Positions 36,665-48,300 of a stretch of DNA of 64,000 bases are shown piece after piece. Position numbers and translations under genes: made by a program. A model generated the notes under the pieces. The model ran no database searches, had not been told where the DNA came from, and was given only the letters and a program-made list of their open reading frames with translations. Within the stretch, counting starts at the first letter, position 1; each line of letters starts with the position of its first letter. Source of the stretch: Octopus sinensis (taxonomy: Eukaryota); assembly GCF_006345805.1 (NCBI RefSeq), contig NC_043008.1, forward strand, positions 67,580,001-67,644,000, in the 5' to 3' direction.

Positions 36665-39600
36665 TGTTACTTTGTTAGTTGGATTCTTTAATACCGGTAC
36701 ATTGACTTGTTATTGTGACTGTGCACTGTGAATTTTGTTGATTCTTTGTTGTTGAAAAATTGTTATTTGCCTTTGTTTGAAGGCTACGTGTTAAAATCCC
36801 CCCCCCCCCGCGGGAGAATTATTGTGTTACTATATATAAAACTGTGCAAAAAGCTTGTGAAGCCAAAATTTTTGCGAAAGGCTTTTTTAAGCCATTATTA
36901 GTGGAAGTGGAAACTCTTACTCCATACTCACCTGAGTCAGGTGAAGAAAGTTCACCGGCAGTGTCGCCGAAAGCGAACAAAGCCCCAGCAAATAAATTTT
37001 CTGAAGTTGCTGGTAAGAAGCAAAGAAAAATCAACAAAGAAAAAAGTAACCTGGAAAGGTACATGACAAACCTAAAGAAAGAAGGCACGGAATCAATAAT
37101 AACACCCAACGTGAATACAACCGAGGAAGTGGACAAAAAGAGAATAATATATAAAACTTACAATGTAACAAAAAAGTCAATACAAAGAGTGGAGGAAAAG
37201 AAGATAGAAAAATGTCTAAAACAAATCTGGCAAGAAATAACATATTCAAATCGAGGAAAGAGATTTGGAACAGTAGAGGTGAGATTCAGGTCGGAGGAAG
37301 TAGCAAAAAAACTATCAACGGAAGTATTGAAAGCAGATGAGATAGTCTTTCTCCCAAGTTACAGGGGACGAAGGACCTCAAAAATTAAGATTAATAATAT
37401 GCCTCCTGAGGTAGATTCCACATGCCTGGTGGCAGCAATCATGGTAGGACTGGAGGAAAAAATTAACATTCTCCAGGCTACAGTAGAAGAAGAGGAGCAC
37501 TGGATGGGGCAGTGCATATCAATGGCTATTCAAAATTAATGAGGAGGAGAAAGTTATAGTATTTGTAGAGGGCAGGAAGCCAAGGTGCTTCAACTGTGGC
37601 AGGAAGGGGCACGTAAGAGCGGAGTGCCAGCCAAAACCGCAAGAAACAGCACCACCAGAAGCAGAGGAAAAACCACCAGAAACAACACCAGACAACTCAC
37701 TTGAGGCAACACCGAAGAGAACAACAGAAACAACAGAAAAAGAAAGTTGCGAGGAAAATGAAAAAGAGGAGGGGTGGTCAACAATTAACAAGAAAAGGAA
37801 GGAAAAAAAGCGAAAAACAGAAATCTAACCTGAAAAAGAGAAAGGAAAGTACCAGCACATTTATGGCCATCAAGGCATCAAATAATAGACTTGTGAACCG
37901 ATTGGCAGCAATGTCAACGGTAAGAAAAGTGAAAATAACTAAAGATTTTATAATATACAGACTAGGCCAGAAGGATTACGGACGGATAAAGTCCGAATTC
38001 TTCCATGACGTAGGCCCTCTGAGGATGGATATATCACCTTACATATTCGAGGGCCTGCGTAACCCCCCCCCCCCACGGGCCCGTGAAAAAGACAAAAGAG
38101 AAAAAGATGAAGAAGAACGAGCCGACCACTGATATGAAGGTATTTGGATGTCATTGTTGCTACAGAAACCCGGTTAGAGGGGCCAGGAGATCTGCTCCTG
38201 CTACGAGAGTTTTTTCTCTCCGGCCAGTCCTGCCAGCGGGAGTGGGGTGTTGGTCCTATTAAGAAACCGGGTTTTTGAGAAAAAGTTAATTTTTTCAGAT
38301 CCAGAAGGTAGGCTGGTCGTCATGGATTTGACGTTCAGTAACGGTAAAGTTATCAAACTGGTTGCAATTTATGCCCCCCCCCAAAAAAAAAATGGGCAAA
38401 GTGAGTATTTTCGAGAGCTGGAGAAGTTTCTTGGTACTTCACATTCATTAGTTGTGCTAGGAGACTATAACACAATTTGCAAGGCGGATGTAGATTGTGT
38501 TGGCTCGCGTCAAGATAGAAAAGGTAACCCTGGCTTCCTGGAACTGCTAAGACGTTTTGAGCTAGCAGATCCTTATAGGTTGGAATTTCCGAACGCTCCA
38601 TTGTGGACATGGTCAAGTAGCGACGGATCTTCCAGGTCTTACATAGATAGAATACTAATTAGAAAAGTAGATAGAGAAATAGCTAAGTGTCCACAGTTTT
38701 ACCCGGTCAGCTACAGTGATCATAAAATGGCCACCTGTAAGCTTGACACAGATAAGGTCTATAATAGAGGCTCCGGTTATTGGAAACTTAATACGTCCCT
38801 TTTGGCGATTAAGGAGTACAGAGACCGGATTAGGACTATGATTCAGAGGGCGCTATGTGGTGCCATCATTAATAACAAATGGTGGTATGCTCTCAAGCGA
38901 GCCCTTAAATTCGAGTCAATTAGATATAGCATAGGATTAGTGGCTAGAGAGGCTAGGAGGGGATCAACCCTAGTTAAGGATTTAGAGGAAGCCATGAAAA
39001 CTGGCTCAGGTGGCGGCCAAGAGACTGGCGTTAAACCAGCACCTCGAGGCCAGGATCCGCGCAGTGGGTTGTGAGGGAATCAACGCCGCGAGATGGGCCC
39101 GAGTGGTGGAAGCTCAACGTGGTAATGATGCCACAATTCGATCTTTGACGAACCAACAAGGTAAGTTGATAAACGAACCCGAGGAGATGTGTGAGGCCTT
39201 TCAGGAGCACTTCGCTCAGCTTTTCGGAGGGGGCAGCGGACCGGATAGTAAGAGGGACTTTATGGACCTCCTCGACGGGCTGCCGCGCCTATTGGGGCGA
39301 GACGTGGAGAGCTGTGAAGGGCCAATCACGCCTGAGGAGGTGGCTGAGGCGATGGCGGACTGCAGCACGGGTAAGGCGCCGGGTTTGGATGGTCTACCCT
39401 ATGAGTTATATAAGAGTATGCCAGACTTGTTCGGGCACCTACTGGCGGAGGTCTATGCGAACTGGCAGCTGAACGGGTTTATTCCCAGGTCTGTGCGCCG
39501 GGGAGTAGTGACGCTTGTCAGAAAGGACCCGAACAAGGGGGATTGTATTGATAATTTCTGGCCCATCACTCTGCTTAACACAGAGGTGAAGATTTTGGCC

Positions 39601-41664
39601 AAAGTGTTATCGAAAAGATTGGCGCGTGTCGCGGATGGTCTGATCGGGGAGGCACAGACACGTGTCGTTCCCGGCAGATCCATTCAGGATAATCTCCATC
39701 TCATGCGGTACACTATAGAGGGGTTTAATAGTGACTCTGGCAAGGGTGGGGCACTGGTCCATTTAGACCAATCTAAAGCTTTTGATAGGGTCGGCCATCG
39801 CTACCTGGTGTCCGTTCTGGCACAGTTCGGCCTGGGCCTTGGCTTCCTCAGGTGGATTATTCAAATTTATGATAACATCGACTCGGTAGTTCGGGTGAAC
39901 GGCTTCTTATCGAAGCCGTTCAACATCAAACGCTCGGTTCGTCAAGGGTGTCCGCTCTCCCCGCTTTTGTATCTGATGGCTCTTGAGCCATTACTGCGAA
40001 GACTGAGCGGCATCCCGAGACAGCCAGGTGGTGGAAAATCGGTGTCAGCATACGCGGATGACATCGCCATCATCGTAACCAAAATGGATCACCTACAGAG
40101 GGTAGGCAAGGCCATAGAGGTTTACGAGACGGTGGCAGGAGCAAAGGTTAATCGTGAAAAGTCAGTCGGCTTGCAGCTCGGCACCTGGAGAGGCAAGTCG
40201 ATGCCTCCTGACAGTTTCGTGGGACGTTGGACGGAGGGTCCGATGAAGTTGCTAGGGGTTTGGTTTGGACCAGACCTCCAAATAGAGAAAAACTAGGCCG
40301 AGGTATCGAGCAGGGTGGCTGCAGTAGTCAAGACCTGGTCTTGGCGGTGGCTATCCTGAAAGGAAGGGCGGCGGTAGCCAATGTGTTCATCGCATCGGTC
40401 ATCACCTACCACCTATCCATCGTTCCTTGCCCTGATTCGTGGTTGATCAAGCTGGAAAGACAGCTCTTTCACTTTTTGTGGAGGGGCTCGAAACCGCTTG
40501 TGAAACGCTCTACTTGCTGTCAACAACCGTTAAAGGGTGAGCTAGGGATGCCTTGGCTGTTGATGCGCAGACATGCGCTGAAGTTAAGGCATCTGTGGCT
40601 CTACCTGGATGGTGAACGGGTGTGGTCTCCGCTGGCAAAACTGATGTTTCCCAAGTTCACTAGTTTCGGTGGATGGGAAACCTGGTTGAATCGAAGATCG
40701 AAACTGGGCACATGGTATTCGGAGTGTCGCAAGGCACTCCTGCTATTCCGTCGCTCGGGCAATGCCTGCAGTGGGGGTTCCACCACATTCTTTTATAGAG
40801 GGCTGGCAGAGGCGGAATGTGACGATACTTTAAGGGAAACCCTAGGTCTCGATGATAATCAGCTGGCCAGTCTGTTCCAACGTACATTCGGGCCGAAAAC
40901 CCTGGACAACTTTCAGAAGTCTCTGGCATGGCAGTGTTACAGAGGAGCTTTACCTGTTCGGGACAAATTCGCAAGGCACGGTGGCCGAGGCAGTCCGACA
41001 TGTCCAAGATGCGAGCGGGATAGGGAAACCGTCCCGCATGCTATTGTTCAATGTTCGGACGTGTCAGAGGTGTGGGTTTATGCCGAACAACTGTTGTTAA
41101 GCACACGAAGAGTACAGCTGTCGACTGAGTCTATAATAAAAATTGACCCACCGGATTTCCTCTCGAAAGAAGGTAAGAATTGTTTTCTCGTTGTAGTAGC
41201 AATTGCGAGAGAGGTGATTTGGAAGACGAGGCTGAAAGGTTTAGAGTCAGGCAATTTCATCTCTGGCCCTGGACTGATGAATTACTTCATCTTCCATCTG
41301 AAAAGGAAAATAGGGCTGGAGAGAAAATGCCTGACTAAGAAAGTGTTTAAAGAACGATGGAAGAATGTAGCACGGATGTTGCGTATGGATGCTGCCGCAT
41401 AAATGTGAAACAAGATGAAAACCCAAGTATCAGTGGCGAGGCGAGGCGAGGCGGGGCTCGTGGGGTCCGAGCTAAACCCTCCCCCACTCCATCCGTAATG
41501 TCTTCTGGTCTGCTCGATCATTCGATTTTTGTTTTAATTATATTGTCATTCTTTGTAAATTTTTAAATTTCATCATTTTGTGTAATTATCATTCGTTAGT
41601 CTGACTCCATATCAGATTGTATTGTCCCCTCTATGTTCGCCCCTTGTGGGTAATAAAAAAAATC
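36665..41664 (+). mobile_element. Near-full-length Tx1/L1-clade LINE with a few frameshifts
   Basis: ORF1 with CCHC knuckle CFNCGRKGHVRAEC (~37586); APE endonuclease (GDYN, SYIDRI, SDH, YWKLN); RT (LDQSKAFD, RQGCPLSP, YADD); C-terminal CPRC..ETVPH; A-rich end; 18-bp TSD agatgcttctactgagta at 36647-36664 and 41665-41682. Confidence 0.93.
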
Positions 41665-41682
41665 AGATGCTTCTACTGAGTA

Positions 41683-42490
41683 CCACTGCTGGTTTATTTC
41701 TGATCCATAAAGGCCTATAGCTTCAACAGAGTACTGCTTTTTGGTTTACCGTAAGGTTTGTAATTATTATTTCTGTTTAACTATTGTTATCACGTTTGTT
41801 GGTTCCTCGTAAGGGAAGCGTTGTTGTGTTGCATTTGTTAAATAATTGTAAACCGTAACCCTCCCCCTTTGGGAGAAGGAGCTTTGGTTATTGTTTAAAA
41901 ATTGAATTGTGTCCCTGTTTGGGGAAATTGAAAATATTTTCACCGTTTACACGGAAGCATTTTTGTTAAAATGTCTTCGATAGAAGAATGTCCAAAAATG
42001 AATTTCGCTGCAGCCGTCGTCGAGCGCGAACTCATTGAAATTAAAATGGAAGAAATACGGATTGATCACCGACAAAGACAGTGAATCTAGGATAACACCA
42101 CGAAACGAAATAAAAAATTGAATTAAAGAAAAAACTATTGTCTATAAAGTATACAATGTAGAGAAAAAAAAAAGATTTGAACACCTGGAGGAAAGTACCA
42201 TCGAAAAGTGTCTTGGTGCGACTATGAAAGATATCAAGTATATAACCAGAGGCAGTAAATTCGCCACAATAAAAGCAAGGTTCAAGTCAACAGAGCGTGC
42301 AAGGGAGTACTCGACTCGAACCTTGCAAAGTGGAAATATTTTATTTCTACCTTTATATCTGGGACGTAGGACGTCCCAGATAAAATTAAAAATGTCCCCC
42401 CAAAAGTAGAGGTAGGCTGGATTGTAGCCACACTTCTATACAAGAGGGAGGACAAGATACAATTGATCGAAATTGCAAGAGATGGGCCTA
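41683..42490 (+). mobile_element. 5' UTR and ORF1 fragment of a second, diverged Tx1-like LINE
   Basis: IVYKVYNV..IEKCL..ITRGSKFATIKARFKS..LFLPLYLGRRTSQIK aligns with ORF1 at 37140-37400. Confidence 0.75.
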
Positions 42491-44133
42491 CAATTCCAGT
42501 CTGTTATATATTTTCAGTATTGTTATCACTAGCGATATCAGGATATAAGTTTGTATTTTGTATTTTATGTGTAGATATATATATATATAGAGAGAGAGAT
42601 GTACATGTAATATGTACACATATATATACACATATATATATGCACTAGCACTATGACCCGGCAACGACGGGTCATAATGCTAGTTTATATAAAAAAAACT
42701 TTTTTGATAATTTATAAGGTCTTTTTTTTATATAATTTACAGGATTGGGAATTCTTATTTTATTATATCATGCTATATAGTCACTAAGTGTTTGCATTCC
42801 CAAATTGGTTTAAATGCTGTCTGTATCCGAATGCACTTAGCATACCGCTATCTCAATTACCCTATATATTAGATACTATTTTTAAAGATATCTTATATTC
42901 ATCCATCTGTAACGAAAGGAATAGTTCTTTTTCCTGTTTAAAATATAATGTGAATTTTTATTCATATGATAATTTAATTCCGTTATACATTCTTACAATA
43001 TGTTTAAGAAACGTCTTAATATATTTTTTCTTATATATTAAAGCATCCCATTATCAGGTTTTAAATTTAATTTCTTTCCTTCTTCCAAACATTGATTTAA
43101 ATTTTCTCGCGTTAATGGTGTGAGTTTGCTGAGACATAATCAACTACTTCCCCCATCCTTTGATTCTAAATTCCACCTCTAATGTTTGTATTACTTATTC
43201 TTTTAATTTTTCATTATATTCCTCCCTAATGTGATAAATAAAGTAAATATTAGCCATCTCTATCTATCCTTTCTTCCTAGTAGCATTCCCACCCCATCAG
43301 GCACTCCCTTACTACTAACCATATGACAATTTTGTGTAGATATCAAGTACAAACACCCCTGCACGGAGTCCTGATATTCAGTATTCAATTAATATCTTTT
43401 AGGTGTGCGGATTATACCGCCATAGTAAGGTGCCTCAATTTAAAGTACCTTATTCAACGGAATCTTAATTATATATATATAGTTGAAATTTACAGAAAAA
43501 CAAAAGACGAAGACAGGTGTTCGAACAACAAGTAGGTGTATTAGTTTGACGCTCGGGAAAGTGAGAAAGTCTTTTACGTTTCGAGACTACGCTCTTCAAC
43601 AGAAAGGAATAAGGGAAAATAAACAGAGAGAGAATAAAAAAAACTTGTGGATTTAACAGTCAAGCATGGTAACTGGTTGGGGGAAAAAAGGTTTGACAGG
43701 AGAGGTAGAAAGAAGGGGGAGATAATAAAGTATTGGTGATCCCAATACGAAGGTGTGCGTGCGTGTGTGTAAATGAGAATGTGTAAGTGTATGTGTGTGG
43801 ATAGAGGCTAGGGACTTTGATGTGTATGGATGTGTACATGTGTGTGTGCCTCTATAATGTGTGGATTTGTGGATGATGATTATGATAATGATGATATATT
43901 CTTATACTCTTATTTGTTTCAGTAATTTGACTGTGACCATGCTAGAGCACCACCTTTAGTCGAGCAAATCGACCCCAGGACTTATTCTTTGGAAGTCTAG
44001 TACTTATTCTATCGGCCTCTTTTGCCGAACCGCTAAGTTCCGGGGATGTAAACACACCAGCATCAGTTGTCAAGCGATGTTGGGGGGACAAACACAGACA
44101 TACAAACAGTTACACACACATACATAATATATA

Positions 44134-44237
<104 letters not shown>

Positions 44238-45373
44238 TATATACGACGGGCTTCTTTCAGTTTCCATCTACCAAATCCACTCACAAGGCTTTGGTTGGCC
44301 CGAGGCTATCGTAGAAGGCACTTGCCCAAGATACCATGCAGTGGTAATGAACCCAGAACCATGTGGCTGGTAAGCAAGCTACTTACCATGCAACCATATT
44401 ATATATCATCGTCGTCATCATCATCATCATCATCAAGATCATCAGTGGACCATATATCCGAAAAAGAAGCACACTTCTAAAGCATAGAACAGTTATGTAT
44501 TTAACTGCATGTAAATATATGTCAGGTCATAGAGTGAACAATGGTTTCGCAGCCATAAAGCGCTTAACTTTATTGACAACTCATCACTGCTCGCTGTAGA
44601 TCTTCTTTGTTATCGTTTGGCTTTGGTTTAAGAGTTCAAAGTGGACTAAATCTTTCATATTCCACTAAACAGATAACAACTTACGTGGGTGAAGACTTTC
44701 TTTAGTCTGGGGTACCCGTGTTTCTCCTTTCCCTACCTACTGTCTTCGGTGCTTCACATTTTTATAGAGAACCCATTTCTCGTCACCAGTCACTATTTGG
44801 TCCAAAAAAGGTCCATTCATGAAACGCGACAGCAAAGAAGTGCTCACATTCACTCTCTGCGCGTGATTAGACTAGGAAAGTACATGAGGAACCCATTGAA
44901 CCGATTTACTGACTTTTCCGATGGCATGCAAGTGTCGAGGAATGGTTGGATGACCAAATCCAAGCTTCTCTGTTAGCTCCTCAACAGTTACGATGGGATT
45001 TTGTTCCACCAAGGTTTACAGAATGTCCTCATCGAACACTACAGATCTTCCAGGCCGAGGCTCGTCTTCTACGCTGTAGTTTCCAGCTCTGAATTTCTGG
45101 AACCACCATTGACCCTGGCTTACGCTTATTGTCCGATCCCCATATACTACATTAATATTCTCCGCACTTTCTGTCGCTTTGTTACCTCCATTTAACCCAT
45201 CAAGCAAAATATGGTCTTTTGTCACTTCCATTATAGCTTTGAAAAAATAACTGTTAAAATTGAACTGCACTCTTCAAAACTTGCACTAAGAACAAGTGCA
45301 AGGTAAAATTACTACCTGCTTTTATAGCAAGTTGATGCAGGTAGTTTATCCCATCCCCCTCCGACTTTTAGTT

Positions 45374-48300
45374 TGTAGCAGGGTCATAAGGGCCAAAAGG
45401 AACAGGGCAGAGTTATACTCCCTCATTCTGTCGTCGGTAGGTGGTGCTGCGATGGTGCTTCCGCTCGGAAGTTATAAAAAACCCTAGAGAGACAACGAAT
45501 CTTTCTCTTTTTTCCGCCTCTCTCGCTCGTGAGCAGTTTGACTTGTCAACTGATACAGCCTGCAAGGACTGCTAGCTTGCTTCGCCTTTGACCATTACTG
45601 CTACCGCATTATGTAGCAGGCCCATTTCTTACTCTTTTCTGTTTCAGCGTCAATCCCATAAGGTGTAACCACGTTTGTACAACTTTTATTTATTCACATT
45701 CACTTTTTTATGAGCCCTGTTCTAAAACTTGTTGAACTTTGACTCGATGTTGCTGGTCACACCAGTATACGCACCTTAACGCAAACAAGAACACAGGGTT
45801 CGTGTTTACTCTTCACTAAAATGGTGATCCCAACGTAAGAATATTCTCGTGGAATATTCTCTCACCGAAATAATTGTGTAGAGTCGACATGTGTCTGATT
45901 CTTCTTCGTCACGGATTCTAAGGCGGCTCTCTAAAAACGGCATCTTTTCTTCTTCACGCTGACCATCAGCCAACATTTTCTGTACTCAGGAGCTACATGC
46001 AGCATTCTTCCTTTCCCGTTTTTAGTGGTGATGTCCGTCTCTGGTTTGCTCAGGTGGAAGCTTACTTCGCAGCGAACAATATTCAGTCAAGCCAGCAGCG
46101 ACTAAACATTCTACTCAGTGCCATACCCGTTGCCTTAGTCACTCAATTCAAGGATCTTAATAACCGACACGCCATACAACGCGACTTATGCATCCATAAA
46201 GTGCGAAGTTCTTCGCAGGACATTTCTATCGGCCGATCGCCGTTCCCAGATCCAGGTACACGATGAGCATTTGGGTAACAGAAAGCTCACAGAATTTCTT
46301 CACCGCATTCGCGACCTCACAGGCGAGGCCGATAAAATCATGGAATTTTTCAGAAATCTGTCCGCAGCAGACAGAGTCGTTGCTGCGACTTCTTTATCGA
46401 CGGCTACGGCTCCCGCCGATTGTAGCTCTACCCAGTCGGCAACTTTAGAAGCCATTTTAAACCTGACCAAGCAGGTGCAGAGGTTGTGTTCGTATTGAAG
46501 TTTCCAGCGTCGTGGCCGGCGTTCTTCGTCGCCCACCTCACCACATGGTTGTTGTTGGTACCATGACCGTTTTGGCACGAAGACGCGGAAATGCCTTCAC
46601 CCATGTTCTTATGCGCACCAGGAAAACTAACCAGGGAAACCCCGAGCACGTCAGCAGCTCCCGCTACCACTAATCGTGCATTTTCTTTGTACTGGACCGC
46701 AACTCGCACAAGAATTTTATGGTCGACACCGGCGCTTCATGTAGCATCTGCCCGGAAAAGTTCCTGATGAGTAAGCCTGTTCCCTCTCGGATTTCTCTGC
46801 AAGCTGTCAGCCATTCTATCGACACGTTCGAGCAGATATCTCTCTCCTTTGATTTGGCACTACGGAGAGACTTTAAGTGGATTTTCATAATTGCGGACCT
46901 ACCCTATCCTATTCTCGGGTCAGATTTCCCCACCTCCTTCTCGCTGCTGGTGGATGTTCGCCAATAGCATTTGTTGGATAGCTCAACGCAGTTATCGGTT
47001 CCTGGTCGCCCAGCGTCTGCTCCTGTTGTAAGCCCGGTGTTTTTTAGTGGTGCATCCTGTAATACATACCATTCTCTTCTCAACTCTCTCCCAGAGCTTA
47101 CTGATTTAACCTTGAACGTCACTGATCTTGTACATTCAACGAGACATTTTATCGACACCAATGGTCCACCAGTGTTTGCTCGTCCTCACCGTCTTTCTTC
47201 TGATAAATTCAAGGCATCAAAAGCGGAATTCAATCGCATGCTCCAGCTGGGGCTTATTCGTCCTTCTATTAGCCCCTGGTCTTCTTCTCTCCACTGATGC
47301 CCGCCCAGTTGGTGATTATCGAAGATTAAATGCTCTTACGACCAGGGACAGATACCCTATACCACCCCTTCAAGACTTTTCTTCTACCTTGTGCGGTAGT
47401 ACTGTTTTTTCTAAGGTCGATCTCGTCTGGGCGTATCCAGATTCCTTTAAAACAAGACGATATACCAAAGACTGCCGTTACTACTACTTTTGGTTCATTT
47501 GAATTCTTTTGAATGCATTTTGGGTTGCGGAACACAGCTAGCACCTTTCTAAGGTTTATAGACGAGGTCATTCGCAGTCTCGTCTATGCCTACATTGATG
47601 ACTTACTTATCGCCAGTTCTACGAAGGAAGAGCATGTTCACCACCTAACGCTCCTTTTTCAGCGTCTACGCGATCATCGAGTTAAAATCAACCCGATGAA
47701 GTGTATGTTTAGTTCTACGTCGCTGGGATTTTTAGGCCACATCATCGATCGTGATGGAATTCGTCCTCTCCCAGAGAAGGAACTGGCAATTCAGAAGCTC
47801 CCTCCTCCATCTTCTCTTAAGCAGCTTCGTCATTTCCTCGGTTTGGTCAATTTTTTTATCGTCGATTCATCCCAAATTGTTCAGAAAAATTGGGTTCACT
47901 TACAGTATTACTGAAAGACCGTAAGAAGAAAAACGAAGTTATCTCCCTTTCACTTGTTGAGGATTTTCAGACTGTCAACCAGGCCCTAACTAACGTTTCA
48001 GTGTTAGGACATCCCAAATCGGATGTAAAGCTTTCGCTTGTGGTAGATGAATCAGATGCAGCTGTGGATGCAGTATTACAGCAAGCTAACCAAAAGTTCT
48101 GAAACCGTTGGCATTTTATTCCCGCCCGTTCAAGCCCGCGGAGACGCGCTATAGCACGTTTGGAAGAGAATTACTCGCTATTTATCTTGCAGGGAAGCAT
48201 TTTCGCTATATCCTGGAAGGAAAGGAGTTTACGATATTCACAGACCACAAACCCCTTACCTTTGCTCTGTTTACCAAGCCGGACAAGTATTTGCCGAGAG

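Larger units (their letters stand above)
36082..42683 (+). mobile_element. Non-autonomous Helitron carrying nested LINEs
   Basis: 5' TCTATATATATAAAAC followed by (TG)/(GTCT) repeats; 3' hairpin TATGACCCG-gcaacga-CGGGTCATA (42652-42676) then CTAG|T; absent from the paralogous site in unit 1. Confidence 0.8.
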
